DNA of 64,000 bases from Deltaproteobacteria bacterium (lineage in GTDB: Bacteria > SAR324 > NAC60-12), in NCBI GenBank assembly GCA_038150265.1, contig JAYOTF010000014.1:1-64000 (forward strand), given 5' to 3'. The translations under genes and the position numbers were made by a program. Below, in pieces: positions 9,455 through 19,473 of this stretch; within the stretch, counting starts at the first letter, position 1; each line of letters starts with the position of its first letter. Below the pieces are notes generated by a model. It was not told where the DNA came from. It was given only the letters and a program-made list of their open reading frames with translations, and searched no databases.

Positions 9455-11269
9455 TCAGGCCGCTTCATGCTGAAGGGTCTCCAGGATCGCCTGCCCCATT
9501 GCCGAGTCCGCCAACGGACGGGTGAGGTCGCCGAGTGCATTCATCTGGTCCTTGAGCGCCATCGCATCCGGTCCGGCCATTGCGTCTCGGACCACCTGCA
9601 TCTGATCCCGGATGGCCTGCTGGGCTTCCGGAGACAGCGTCTCTTCCGCAACACTCCAGCACTGTTCAATGCCCCGGAACATCCGCTCCGCGGTCAGCCG
9701 GAACTCAATGAGTTGGCGAGCGTTGAAGTCTTCCCGGGCATGCTCAAAGGAGTCTTCCATGATCTGGTCGATCTCCGGCTGCGTGAGGCCATGAAAGGGG
9801 ATGACCTCAATCTCGGCTTCCGTCCCACTGCGTTTTTCCTGCGCGGAAACCGTCAGCAGCCCGTTGGCATCCACCCGGAAGGTCACATCCACCAGGGGGA
9901 ACCCCGCCTTCATGGGCGGAATGCCCCGCAGCTTGAAGCGTCCGAGGTTCCGGCAGTCCTGCACCAACTCCCGCTCGCCTTGAAAGATGTTGATGTCAAT
10001 GGCGGTCTGGTTGTCCACATTGGTCGTGAAGGTCTCGGTCGCCTCAGCCGGAATGGTCGTGTTGGCGTTGACGAGCTTGCTGAAGGTGCCCCCAAGCGTT
10101 TCAATGCCCAGGGCCAGCGGAATCACATCAAGCAGCAAGAAGTCTCGGCGCCCACCTGCCAGCAGGTGCCCCTGAATTCCGGCCCCAATGGCCACGACCT
10201 TATAGGGGTCAATTGCCACATGCGGCGCGCGACCAAAGAACTCGGCCACGGTCTTGCGGACGGCAGGCACCACGGTGGAGCCTCCCACCAGCACCACCTC
10301 ATCCATGTCCGCCGGCTTCAATCCAGCGTCCTGCAGGGCCTTCTGGCAGCTCGCCAGGGTGCGCTGCAGCAGCGGTGCAATGGCGGCATCGAACGCCTCT
10401 CGCGTCACCTGTCCCTGATGCGTCAGGCCCAGTTCCGGGAGGTCGAGGACGTAGTCCGCTTCCGGAGCCCCGCTGAGTTGGATCTTGATCTCCTCCGCCA
10501 CCTTCTTCAGGCGCTGCTGGGTTCCGGAGTCATCAAAACGCGCCTCGGGGTGAGCGGTGCGGACCTGTTCCCGGAGGAGCTGCGTGATTTCTCGGTCAAA
10601 GTCGTCTCCCCCCAACCGCGTGTCGCCGTGCGTGGCAATGACCTTGAACAGCTTTCCGGAAAGCTGCAGGACGGAGATGTCAAAGGTTCCGCCCCCCAGG
10701 TCGTAAACCGCCACGTGCCCATCCTTGCGTTCATCCAGCCCATAAGCAATGGCGGCAGCCGTCGGCTCGTTGATGATGCGAACGGCCTCCAGCCCCGCCA
10801 ACTGAGCCGCGTCTCGGGTCGCCTGACGCTGGGCGTCGTCAAAGTACGCAGGCACGGTGATCACGGCCTTGTGAACCGGTTCGCCCAAAATGGCCTCCGT
10901 CCGGCGCTTCACCTCCTTGAGGATCTCGGCAGAGACCTCCTGAGGCGTAAAGCGTTCCTCGCCCATCCGGACCTTCACCAGCTTACGCTGAGCGGCTTCC
11001 ACCGCATAGGGGAGTTCGGTCAGCTCCTCCTGCAGTTCCTCGAGGTCTCGTCCCATCAGGCGCTTCACCGAGTACACCGTCTGCTCCGGAGCCGTCAGGC
11101 GGAAGGGCTGAGCGGCTTCTCCCACCACCCACTGCCCGGCGTGACGGGCCAGCACTGAGGGCGTGATGGGGCTTTCACCGGCCTTTGTGATCACCTCGGG
11201 GCCTTCGTCAAAGACGGTGGCGGCGAGGCTGTTGGTGGTGCCAAGGTCAATTCCGATGATGCGTTCCAT
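9455..11269 (-). CDS. hscA: Fe-S cluster assembly Hsp70 chaperone HscA
   Basis: [23 protein letters not shown] and DLGGGTFD Hsp70 motifs. Lies directly after hscB in an isc operon. Confidence 0.88.
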   Translation of the reverse strand: MERIIGIDLGTTNSLAATVFDEGPEVITKAGESPITPSVLARHAGQWVVGEAAQPFRLTAPEQTVYSVKRLMGRDLEELQEELTELPYAVEAAQRKLVKVRMGEERFTPQEVSAEILKEVKRRTEAILGEPVHKAVITVPAYFDDAQRQATRDAAQLAGLEAVRIINEPTAAAIAYGLDERKDGHVAVYDLGGGTFDISVLQLSGKLFKVIATHGDTRLGGDDFDREITQLLREQVRTAHPEARFDDSGTQQRLKKVAEEIKIQLSGAPEADYVLDLPELGLTHQGQVTREAFDAAIAPLLQRTLASCQKALQDAGLKPADMDEVVLVGGSTVVPAVRKTVAEFFGRAPHVAIDPYKVVAIGAGIQGHLLAGGRRDFLLLDVIPLALGIETLGGTFSKLVNANTTIPAEATETFTTNVDNQTAIDINIFQGERELVQDCRNLGRFKLRGIPPMKAGFPLVDVTFRVDANGLLTVSAQEKRSGTEAEIEVIPFHGLTQPEIDQIMEDSFEHAREDFNARQLIEFRLTAERMFRGIEQCWSVAEETLSPEAQQAIRDQMQVVRDAMAGPDAMALKDQMNALGDLTRPLADSAMGQAILETLQHEAA

Positions 11270-11285
11270 GAAGGGTCACGTGGGG

Positions 11286-11888
11286 TCAGGAGTGAGGAAA
11301 GCGTTCCAGGAGGCGGCGCAGGTAGCGCTCTGCGTTGAGCGTCGTTTGAATGTGCTGCAGCGCCTCCGGATCGGGCTGGGCCTCGACAGCGGCAAACTGC
11401 TGAGGCAATTCTGCCAGAAGCGCGGCATGACGCGCCTGAAGGTCCTGCTGGGTCTGCGTTTGCTCCGCCTCGGAGCCCGACTCCAGCAAATCGTCCAGGG
11501 ATTCCTGAAGCAGGAACATCTCTTCCAGAAATCCGGGAGGCAGGCTCCGTTCATCCAGGGGGCGGGTGGCCAGTTGCGGGAGGAGGTACGCCGCTCGCGA
11601 AACCGGATTCCGCAGGGCCTCCACCGCGCGGTTGAGCAACGAGGACGACAGCTCGCTCTGATGCTGCTCACGTCGCCCAGCCGCCGCATAAAAATCCGGA
11701 TGCAGCTCCACCACCAGCCGCTGAAACTGCGCCTCCAGCTCCTTCAGGTCCAGCGCAAAGGAGGCCGGGAGCCCAACGGCTTCAAAGTAGCTCAGCGTGT
11801 GAGGGGGGTGCTGCAGGGTGTTGCAGGTGAAGCAGAACAGCCGAGACTGCAAGGCTGCTTCACACTGCTCACAAGAGAAGGAACTCAA
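11286..11888 (-). CDS. hscB: Fe-S co-chaperone HscB with N-terminal CxxC-CxxC
   Basis: CEQC...FCFTC, J-domain HPD motif (LHPDFY) and LRNPVSRAAYLL. Start uncertain (TTG at 11888). Confidence 0.88.
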   Translation of the reverse strand: MSSFSCEQCEAALQSRLFCFTCNTLQHPPHTLSYFEAVGLPASFALDLKELEAQFQRLVVELHPDFYAAAGRREQHQSELSSSLLNRAVEALRNPVSRAAYLLPQLATRPLDERSLPPGFLEEMFLLQESLDDLLESGSEAEQTQTQQDLQARHAALLAELPQQFAAVEAQPDPEALQHIQTTLNAERYLRRLLERFPHS

Positions 11889-11893
11889 GGGAC

Positions 11894-12271
11894 TCAGGCG
11901 GTTCGGGACTGGTAATCCTTGATGGCGGCCTTGATGGCGTCTTCTGCCAGCACCGAACAGTGGATCTTGACGGGCGGCAGAGAGAGTTCCTCCACGATCT
12001 CGGTGTTCTTGATCGCCATTGCTTCGTCCAGCGTCCGGCCCTTGACCCATTCGGTCGCCAGGGAAGAGGACGCGATGGCCGAGCCGCACCCGAAGGTCTT
12101 GAACTTGGCATCCACAATGCGGTCGTTCTCCACCTTGATCTGCAGCTTCATCACGTCTCCGCACTCCGGTGCGCCGACGAGTCCGGTGCCCACGCCTTCT
12201 TCTTCCTTGCCGAAGCTTCCGACGTTTCGGGGGTCTTGGTAATGATCGACTACTTTTTCACTGTAAGCCAT
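11894..12271 (-). CDS. iscU: Fe-S scaffold IscU
   Basis: MAYSEKVVDHY, APECGDVM, FKTFGCGSAIASSS and LPPVKIHCS. Confidence 0.97.
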   Translation of the reverse strand: MAYSEKVVDHYQDPRNVGSFGKEEEGVGTGLVGAPECGDVMKLQIKVENDRIVDAKFKTFGCGSAIASSSLATEWVKGRTLDEAMAIKNTEIVEELSLPPVKIHCSVLAEDAIKAAIKDYQSRTA

Positions 12272-12292
12272 TGAGTCTCCTGTACAAAGGGA

Positions 12293-13507
12293 TTAGTGAG
12301 AGGTCCACTGGACCGTTGTGAGGTCAATGCCGTCCTGCACCATTTCATAAAGGGGGGACATCTCTCGCAAGCGTTTGACGGCCTTCGCCACCTCAGCCGC
12401 GGCATAGTCCACCTCTTCCAGAGTCGTGAAGCGCCCCACGCCAAAGCGGATGGAGGAGTGGGCAAGATCGTCTCCGACTCCAAGGGCATGCAGGACATAA
12501 GAGGGCTCCAGGCTGGCGGAGGTGCAGGCTGATCCGGAGGACACCGCAATGTCGCCAATGCCCATCATCAGGCTCTCTCCCTCGACATACCCAAAGCTCA
12601 GATTCAGGTTGTTGGGCAGCCGCTCCGTGGGATGCCCGTTGAGGAACACGTAGTCCAGCTCCGCCGTCAGCTTGCTGTAGAGCCGTTGACGGAGGCTGAT
12701 CTGCCGTTCGGTCTCCGAGGCCATTTCCTCGGCACAGAGTTCCGCGGCCTTCGCCATGCCGACCACACCGGTCACATTGAGCGTTCCAGACCGCAGCCCG
12801 CGCTCGTGACCTCCGCCAAACATCACGGGGGCCAGGCGTGCCCGGGGTCGCTTGCGACGGACGTAGAGGGCGCCGACGCCTTTCGGGCCGTACATCTTGT
12901 GCCCACTCAGAGAGAGCAGGTCGATGTTCATTTCATCCACATTGATGGGAATCTTCGCATACGCCTGAGTGGCGTCGGTGTGGAAGAGCACCCCGTGCTT
13001 GCGGGTGATGCGCCCAATCTCCGCAAGCGGGTGGAGGGTCCCGATTTCATTGTTGCCCGCCATCAGCGAAACCAGCACGGTGTCGGGCCGGATGGAGCGC
13101 TCCAGCTGCTCAAGGTCGATGCACCCGTCCTGATCCACATCCAGGAAGGTGACCTCCCAGCCCTGCTGCTCCAGCGCATGGAAGGGGTCGATCACGGCCT
13201 TGTGCTCAATCGGGCTGGTGATCAGGTGCTTGCCCTTGCTCTTGTGGAACTCGGCAGCGCCCAAAATGGCAATGTTGTTCGATTCCGTTGCCCCGCTGGT
13301 GAAGATGATCTCCTTGCCGGTGGCGTGAATGACGCTGCCCAGCAGCTCGCGTGCATCTTCAACGGCCTTTTCTGCCGTCCACCCAAAGGAGTGGTTCCGG
13401 CTCGCAGCATTGCCGTAGATTTCAGTAAAGTACGGAAGCATCGCCTCCACCACCCGTGGATCGGTGGGAGTGGTGGCGTTGTAATCAAGATAGATGGGCA
13501 GTTTCAT
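12293..13507 (-). CDS. iscS: Cysteine desulfurase IscS
   Basis: [20 protein letters not shown] (PLP Lys) and SSGSACTS (catalytic Cys). ATG at 13507. Confidence 0.97.
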   Translation of the reverse strand: MKLPIYLDYNATTPTDPRVVEAMLPYFTEIYGNAASRNHSFGWTAEKAVEDARELLGSVIHATGKEIIFTSGATESNNIAILGAAEFHKSKGKHLITSPIEHKAVIDPFHALEQQGWEVTFLDVDQDGCIDLEQLERSIRPDTVLVSLMAGNNEIGTLHPLAEIGRITRKHGVLFHTDATQAYAKIPINVDEMNIDLLSLSGHKMYGPKGVGALYVRRKRPRARLAPVMFGGGHERGLRSGTLNVTGVVGMAKAAELCAEEMASETERQISLRQRLYSKLTAELDYVFLNGHPTERLPNNLNLSFGYVEGESLMMGIGDIAVSSGSACTSASLEPSYVLHALGVGDDLAHSSIRFGVGRFTTLEEVDYAAAEVAKAVKRLREMSPLYEMVQDGIDLTTVQWTSH

Positions 13508-13934
13508 ACGGCTCTTTGACGCTTTGGGGAAGCACCGCTTCCTCGATGATCGACGCAAGGGTTGTGGCTTCCATGAACGCCTGAATGCGCTGATGGAGCA
13601 CCGTCAGGGGACCTCGGGTGGGACAATTCTGGGCCACCTGGCAACGGTCCTCCTCATGGATGCATTCTACAAGTTGAAACTCCCCGTCCATGGCCCGCAC
13701 CACCTCAGCCAGCGTGATGGCCTCTGCCGGACGAGCCAGCACGTACCCGCCTCGCTGCCCCCGAATCGATTCGGCGACTCCGGCTCCCACCAACTGCTTG
13801 AGGATGTTGGCAGCCATCGGCTGAGGCAGGTGGTAGTGTGCCGAAACCTCCTGAGCGCTCACGGGGTCCTCGGACTCTCCAAGATGACTGAGCAAAATGA
13901 TGGCGTAGTCGGTCTTTTTCGAGAGCTTCAACAT
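13485..13934 (-). CDS. Rrf2 family transcriptional regulator of the Fe-S operon (IscR/SufR-like)
   Basis: [19 protein letters not shown] and three Cys ([16 protein letters not shown]). Overlaps the iscS start. Confidence 0.9.
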   Translation of the reverse strand: MLKLSKKTDYAIILLSHLGESEDPVSAQEVSAHYHLPQPMAANILKQLVGAGVAESIRGQRGGYVLARPAEAITLAEVVRAMDGEFQLVECIHEEDRCQVAQNCPTRGPLTVLHQRIQAFMEATTLASIIEEAVLPQSVKEPYETAHLS

Positions 13935-13968
13935 TGTCGGATTCCCTGATGAATTTTAACCTGAAATC

Positions 13969-13997
13969 AAATTAGCACTGGTTCGGTGCTATTTCAA
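13969..13997 (-). promoter_or_regulatory. Sigma70-like promoter with an inverted repeat filling the spacer (candidate Rrf2 operator)
   Basis: Minus strand TTGAAA-17 nt-TAATTT. Inverted repeat TAGCACTG-gtt-CGGTGCTA at 13973-13991 (7/8 match, extendable with AA/TT flanks). Confidence 0.6.
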
Positions 13998-14130
13998 ACA
14001 GAAATCCATGGGCAGGGGCGAATTTCCTGAGGCACTGGGGCAGACGAGCCCCGGCAAGAGGGGGGCACCCCGGAGCAAGGTGGCTCCTCAGGGGCAAGCA
14101 GGGCGGGGAAAAACCGGAGTCATGCCGGTC

Positions 14131-14376
14131 TCAGGGGCGATCGGCCGTTTCCAGAGCCGTGTTCACCATCAGCGCCGACTGGCCATCTCGGTTCAGCACC
14201 TCAATCTCCAGCGAGTCCGGAGCAATCTTGAAGTACCGGGAAATGACGGCGTAAAGGTCTTGTTTCATGGCACTCTGGTCCGCGTCTGAAAGCTGAATGC
14301 GGTCCTTGCTGAGCACGAGCTGCAGGCGGTTTTTTGCCGAGTTGGCACTCTGCCGTTTGCGCAATAGGCTGAACAT
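14131..14376 (-). CDS. minE: Cell division topological specificity factor MinE
   Basis: SANSAKNRLQLVLSKDR, downstream of minD. Confidence 0.92.
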   Translation of the reverse strand: MFSLLRKRQSANSAKNRLQLVLSKDRIQLSDADQSAMKQDLYAVISRYFKIAPDSLEIEVLNRDGQSALMVNTALETADRP

Positions 14377-14385
14377 AGGGGTCCT

Positions 14386-15165
14386 TTACCTTCCGAAGAG
14401 TTTGGCCAACAGTCCGCGTTTTTCCTCAAAACTGGGAATCGGCAGGTCCTCCCCCATCAGGCGACGGGAGATGCGGTGGTAGGCTTGTCCGGCTGGGGAC
14501 TGCTCATTGAGAACCGCCGGAACCCCCTGGTTGCCCGAAACCACAATTTCGGAATCCTCCGGAACCACGCCCAGCAGGTGCACCGACAGGATGTCCACAA
14601 CGTCCTCCTGGCTCATCATTTCTCCGGCTTCCACCATCCGGATGGAGAGGCGGTTGACAATCAGGTCGGTGTTGACGCCATGGTGCTGCAGGAGGCCAAT
14701 GATGCGGTCGGCATCCCGGACGGCAGAGACCTCCGGAGTGGTCACCACCAGAGAGCGGTCGGCTCCGGAAATGGCATTCTTGAAGCCCTGCTCAATCCCG
14801 GCCGGACAGTCGATCATGACAAAGTCGAACTCCTGCTTCAGCTCGGCATTGAGCTTTTCCATCTCTTCCGGAGAGACGGCATTCTTGTCATCGACCTGTG
14901 AGGTGGCCAGGAGGTACAGGTTCGGGTTCCGCTTGTCTCGGATCAGCGCCTGACGCGCCGAGCACCGCCCCTTGACCACATCAACGAGGTTGTAGACGAT
15001 GCGGTTCTCCAGCCCCATGATCAGGTCCAGGTTCCGCAAGCCGATGTCGGCATCAACGGCAACCACCTTCTTCCCCGCATTGGCCAACGCGGTGCTCAGG
15101 TTGGCGGTGGTGGTGGTTTTCCCGACTCCTCCCTTTCCGGAGGTGACGACAATGGCTTCGCTCAT
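14386..15165 (-). CDS. minD: Septum site-determining ATPase MinD
   Basis: TSGKGGVGKTTT, DIGLRNLD, DCPAGIEQG and a C-terminal amphipathic GLLAKLFG. Confidence 0.97.
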   Translation of the reverse strand: MSEAIVVTSGKGGVGKTTTTANLSTALANAGKKVVAVDADIGLRNLDLIMGLENRIVYNLVDVVKGRCSARQALIRDKRNPNLYLLATSQVDDKNAVSPEEMEKLNAELKQEFDFVMIDCPAGIEQGFKNAISGADRSLVVTTPEVSAVRDADRIIGLLQHHGVNTDLIVNRLSIRMVEAGEMMSQEDVVDILSVHLLGVVPEDSEIVVSGNQGVPAVLNEQSPAGQAYHRISRRLMGEDLPIPSFEEKRGLLAKLFGR

Positions 15166-15210
15166 GAATCCTCAATGACGCTAAAGTTGGCAGCGCTGGG
15201 CGCTACGGAA

Positions 15211-16098
15211 TCACAGTTTCAGGGTTCCCAGGGTGATCAGGGGCAAGCCACTTCGGCCCATGCCCCGTTTCTTGTTCTCGTGCCGACGGGCGCCCTGGAT
15301 CAGGGCCTGCAGTTCCGACATTTCATAGGGCGGGCTTTCAATGACAATCTGCCCATTTTCCACAAAGGCTTTTTCTGGCCCCAGGAGGTAGGGAGAGGCT
15401 TCTTCGGCGGGGGGACGGGCGTACAGGCCTCCGATGCGCAGCTGCGTGGGAGCGAGGCGCAGCGCCACGACCACGGCGCTCAGGTCTCCTGAAGCACCGG
15501 CATGCACCACCCCCCGGACGGCTCCCAGGACCATGACGTTGCCTTCCGAGACAATCTCCGCCCCAGCGTTCAGGTCTCCAAACAGCACCACCGACTCAGA
15601 GGCATGAACCTTCTGTCCAGAGCGCAGGGTCTGGGCGACAATCAATCCGGGATCGGTTCGCAGGCCTGCCAGGGGATCGGTCGCTTCGAGGGGGGGCACC
15701 TCGACTTCCACAACGTCTGTTGGCGCCTCCAGGGTTGGAAGCGAAAGCTGGGTCTGCGCCGGCACGGGGGAAGGGGCGTCTTCCGGAGGCGGAGCGGGAG
15801 GAAGCTCAGGAGGAAGGAGTTGCAGATCCCCTTCTTTCAGAATCGACCGAAGGCTGTCAAACTCTTCAGAGGTGACGGTGCGTCCGGGACGCAAGCGAAT
15901 GGGCGAGCCCTTGAAGAACCGGTGGGTGGCATGCTCATGCACCATGCGGCGCAGATCCTGCTGAACCCGGGCGAAGGGGGCCGAGTCATCCAGCACCAGG
16001 CCCAGGGAGCCGCCGTATCCCTTTATTTCCACCGAGCGTTCGGCCTCAGCCCAACTCATTTTCCATCCATTGAGTGCAGTGGTCGTATCCAAGACCAC
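15211..16098 (-). CDS. minC: Septum site-determining protein MinC
   Basis: TLRSGQKV, GDLNAGAEIV..GNVMVLG..RGVVHAG and L.PTQLRIG, with a Pro-rich linker. Confidence 0.9.
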   Translation of the reverse strand: MVLDTTTALNGWKMSWAEAERSVEIKGYGGSLGLVLDDSAPFARVQQDLRRMVHEHATHRFFKGSPIRLRPGRTVTSEEFDSLRSILKEGDLQLLPPELPPAPPPEDAPSPVPAQTQLSLPTLEAPTDVVEVEVPPLEATDPLAGLRTDPGLIVAQTLRSGQKVHASESVVLFGDLNAGAEIVSEGNVMVLGAVRGVVHAGASGDLSAVVVALRLAPTQLRIGGLYARPPAEEASPYLLGPEKAFVENGQIVIESPPYEMSELQALIQGARRHENKKRGMGRSGLPLITLGTLKL

Positions 16099-16188
16099 CT
16101 ATTACTACCACATGCTTGAAAAGACACAACTCCTTCGCCTAGACTTTCTCCGGCAACACCGCCCGTTGCCGCGCGCCAGAGCCGGCTC

Positions 16189-16626
16189 ATGACCTCGCTC
16201 GAGTTGGGAGCCTGGGGCCTGCTGATCCTCTCCGGAGTCGCTGTGCTGGGGCTCTTGGGAGCACTGAGCCTGGCCGTTCGGCACCGGGCGGTCCGGACCC
16301 GGAAGCGGTTCTCCCGCTGCGACCGCGTGGTGCGGGCCCCTCAGGCCGTGCTCTGGGGGCGTCCGGTGGCCGATTGGGCCCTGGCCTTCTATGCGGGCGT
16401 TCTGCTGAGCGCCTTGCTGGGCCTGTACCAGGACGCCCGCTGGCTCTGGATTCTGGACGGGGCGGTTATTGTGGGGGTGGGAGCAACATGTTACTATGCG
16501 TTCATTCTCTTGTTCCGACTCCGAACGGTGTGCATCGGCTGCTTGAAACTCTACTTTCTCAATCTGGTCATGGCAGCCCTGCTGATCGATTATCACTGGA
16601 ATGTGCTAACGCTTTTCTTCTCCTAG
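16189..16626 (+). CDS. Vitamin K epoxide reductase (VKOR) family membrane protein, atypical
   Basis: Four hydrophobic segments, CDRV...LWGRPVA loop and a VCIGC CxxC in the last helix. Confidence 0.7.
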   Translation: MTSLELGAWGLLILSGVAVLGLLGALSLAVRHRAVRTRKRFSRCDRVVRAPQAVLWGRPVADWALAFYAGVLLSALLGLYQDARWLWILDGAVIVGVGATCYYAFILLFRLRTVCIGCLKLYFLNLVMAALLIDYHWNVLTLFFS

Positions 16627-16646
16627 ATACCCTTCTGAATGAGGCC

Positions 16647-18869
16647 ATGATGGACGCATCCTTAAAGAGCTTGCTGACGCAGTCTGTCCAGCGGGACGTT
16701 TCTGATGAGATCTTTTCCTTCAGCACCTACCTGGAGCTGCTCCACAAGGAGCCCTGGACGGCTCGGAACACCTTCCAGATGCTGCATGACATGATCCTGG
16801 GCAGTGGTGTGGAGCATGCGATGCACTCGGGAAAACCGATCAAGCATCACTACCGCTTCTTTGAGAACGCCGAGATGATCGGCCCCTTTGTGGTGTTTGG
16901 TCAGCAAAAGGCAAAGGAGAACCTGATTGAAAAGATCAACAACGCCAGCCGGGGGCTGGAAGCCTCGAAACGCCTGTGGGTGCTGCTGGGACCTCCGGGC
17001 GCTGCCAAGTCCCGCTCCATGGATGGACTCAAGAACGCCCTCAAGGAGTACTCCCTGAGCCCGCAGGGCAAGACCTACACCCTGCTGCTTCCCACTGTCG
17101 ATGAGCGCCTCAAGGACCGCGCCCTCTTTGAGGAAAACGGCGTCTGGTACCTCCAGTCCCCCATCTTTGAGCGACCGCTGCAGGTGATTCCGGAGTCGGC
17201 ACGCAAGGCCTTTGCCGCCCAACTGACGCAGGACCTCGACCGGACCGCCGTAGAGGAGTGGCTCCACCAGCATCCTCATTACGATGACGAGTTCGAGGTC
17301 CAGATCTCCGGACGCCTCTCGCCGTTCTCCGACTACGTCCTCCAGGACTTCATGCGGGCCAAGCGCATCGGTTTTGTAGAAATGCTGGAGTACCTGAAGG
17401 TCAAGCGCATGGTCTATGATGCCCAGACCAAAACCGGCATTGGCTCCTACACGCCACGCGATGAAAAGAGTCAGGAAGCCGGGTCGCTGGTGGGCAACAT
17501 CGACTACAGCCTGCTTCCGCGCTTCGGGTCTGAAAGCCACCCGCTTGTTCACGACTACAAGGGCGAGCTGTGTGCCGGCGCCAACGGCTTTGTGGAGATC
17601 CACGAGATCCTCAAGCTCTCGGACAAGTTCCTGTACGAGATGCTGTTTGCCACCCAGGACCGCTTCTTCAAGCCGGAGGGCCAACCTCCGATTCCCTTCA
17701 GTGGCGTCATCATCGGGCACACGAACTTCCACGAGTTCAACATGTTCATGGAGAACTCGTCCTTTGAAGCCCTGCGGTCTCGGACGACCTTCATTGAGAT
17801 GCCCCTCTCCGTGGACTACCGGCAGGAGCAGAAGATCTACGAGTTCACCTACGCGAACGCCAGCCGGAACTGGAACAAGTCCAAGAAGCACCTGGCTCAT
17901 ACGGCGCCTCACAGCCTCACCCTGCTGAGCCTCGTCTCGGCCATGTCACGGCTGTATGAAAGCAAGCAGAACCCGAACCTGACGCTGCTCCAGAAGGCCC
18001 TCATCTATGCTGGACGCGCCGACAGCGGTGTGGACAACAACCTGGCCAAGATGATCATTGACGAGTTCGAGTTCACCAAACCCTCCGAAGGCACCTTCGG
18101 GCTCGACCCGCGCTTCATCCAGAACGTCTTTGAAAATACCGAACACTTCCAGGTCAACGAGTATGCCGCCAACATCAAGCGGCTTCAGGAAGAGTCCGGT
18201 GACCACGCCATGCTGACGTCCATTGCGCTCGAAAACCCGTGCGTGACGCCGCTCGACCTCTACGTCCGCATGCAGAGCAGCATCAAGGACAGCTTTGCCT
18301 CCCAGAAGACCCGGCTCAACCACTACGTGGAGAAGATCCTTCCACAGGCCAAGAGCTGGATCTTTGGGCAGATCGCCAGTGACGTCTACAGCGCCATCCT
18401 CCGGGACGACTCCGTGATTGAGACCACCTGGAAGAAGTACACCGACCACGTCCGGGCCTTTGTCCTCAATGCCAAGGTCAAGCATGAGGTCACCCAGACC
18501 GACGTCCAGCCGGACGAAAAGTTCATGCAGTCCATTGAGCAGTACCTGGGGGTTCCGGACAAGGATGTCTTCCGGAAGGAGCTGAGTGACGCCATTGCCA
18601 GCGTCAGCTACAGCGTCATCCTCGCCGATGAGCCGAGCTACCAGAACGCCATCAAGAAGTACGTCTTTGAGAATGAATTCAAGTCCGGAGAGAACATGAA
18701 GCTCCTGGGCTGGATCAAGAGTGGAACCAGCACCGCCGTCGTCAACGACAAGGAGCAGGAGCGCCTCAACGAGACGATCCGCTATCTGGTGGAGGTACAG
18801 GGGTACTGTGGGAAGTGCGCGTTCCAGGCCCTCACCATCACGGCAAACGCCTCGAGCATCATCCTCTAG
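16647..18869 (+). CDS. prkA: PrkA/YeaG family AAA+ serine protein kinase
   Basis: LLGPPGAAKS Walker A, GELCAGANGFVEIHEILK, IIGHTN..EF, EGTFGLDPRF and C-terminal GYCxxCA. ATG at 16647. Confidence 0.85.
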   Translation: MMDASLKSLLTQSVQRDVSDEIFSFSTYLELLHKEPWTARNTFQMLHDMILGSGVEHAMHSGKPIKHHYRFFENAEMIGPFVVFGQQKAKENLIEKINNASRGLEASKRLWVLLGPPGAAKSRSMDGLKNALKEYSLSPQGKTYTLLLPTVDERLKDRALFEENGVWYLQSPIFERPLQVIPESARKAFAAQLTQDLDRTAVEEWLHQHPHYDDEFEVQISGRLSPFSDYVLQDFMRAKRIGFVEMLEYLKVKRMVYDAQTKTGIGSYTPRDEKSQEAGSLVGNIDYSLLPRFGSESHPLVHDYKGELCAGANGFVEIHEILKLSDKFLYEMLFATQDRFFKPEGQPPIPFSGVIIGHTNFHEFNMFMENSSFEALRSRTTFIEMPLSVDYRQEQKIYEFTYANASRNWNKSKKHLAHTAPHSLTLLSLVSAMSRLYESKQNPNLTLLQKALIYAGRADSGVDNNLAKMIIDEFEFTKPSEGTFGLDPRFIQNVFENTEHFQVNEYAANIKRLQEESGDHAMLTSIALENPCVTPLDLYVRMQSSIKDSFASQKTRLNHYVEKILPQAKSWIFGQIASDVYSAILRDDSVIETTWKKYTDHVRAFVLNAKVKHEVTQTDVQPDEKFMQSIEQYLGVPDKDVFRKELSDAIASVSYSVILADEPSYQNAIKKYVFENEFKSGENMKLLGWIKSGTSTAVVNDKEQERLNETIRYLVEVQGYCGKCAFQALTITANASSIIL

Positions 18870-19408
18870 CTCGCCAAGCGCGGAGGGACCGGAGCGCGCT
18901 GCAGAATCCGGTCCTTCAGCTCGTCCACCAGCTTCTGGACAGCAGCCGCGACGGGCGCGGACAACTCGCGTCCGTAGTCCACGGATTCGGCTTCGACCAG
19001 AAACACGGTCACATGCTGTGGAAAGCGCTCCGGATACAGACGCCGCCCGGTCATCAGGGCGTGATCCCAGCGGAAGTCATGAGAGTTGAAGGCCACATCC
19101 GAGTGCGTGGGCAGCTCCTCTTCCGTCAGCTCCAGGAGCGTCCCGGCCGGGGCTCCACTGGTGCAGGCGTCAATCACCCACAGCTCCTCACACCCCTGAG
19201 CAAGGAACATCAGGTCGATTCCGGAGGTCCCGGCTTCAACCAGATGCACCTCGGAAAGCGGCAGGGGCAGTTGGGCCTGAAGGGCCTCGATCACCTGCAC
19301 CCCCACCCCGTCATCACGACGGTTGAGGTTGCCACACCCAATGACGCCCAGAGGAGACGCGTCCAAACTTCTGATTCGTTTTTTCTTCTTGCTGGAACCT
19401 CTTTGCAT
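18866..19408 (-). CDS. Hydrogenase maturation protease (HyaD/HybD family)
   Basis: VIGCGNLNRRDDGVG, VIDA and SHDF motifs. True start may be ~19366. Confidence 0.85.
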   Translation of the reverse strand: MQRGSSKKKKRIRSLDASPLGVIGCGNLNRRDDGVGVQVIEALQAQLPLPLSEVHLVEAGTSGIDLMFLAQGCEELWVIDACTSGAPAGTLLELTEEELPTHSDVAFNSHDFRWDHALMTGRRLYPERFPQHVTVFLVEAESVDYGRELSAPVAAAVQKLVDELKDRILQRAPVPPRLAS

Positions 19409-19473
19409 TCTGCGCTAAGCTCGTCAAATTGATTCAAAAAGTTAACTCCCCGTCACCAGCCCCACTTTCCAGT

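Noticed and set aside
9467..11158. 563-aa ORF antisense to hscA
   Set aside because: Long antisense frames opposite Hsp70 genes are a known codon-bias artefact, and there is no independent evidence for it.
9455..11269. Calling this gene dnaK
   Set aside because: Its position after iscU-hscB and the absence of grpE/dnaJ favour hscA.
13972..13992. CIRCE element (TTAGCACT... resemblance)
   Set aside because: CIRCE needs TTAGCACTC-N9-GAGTGCTAA. The spacing here is much shorter, so an Rrf2-type operator fits better.
16374..16646. N-terminal extension of the PrkA ORF
   Set aside because: It overlaps the VKOR gene in another frame. ATG 16647 is the more plausible start.
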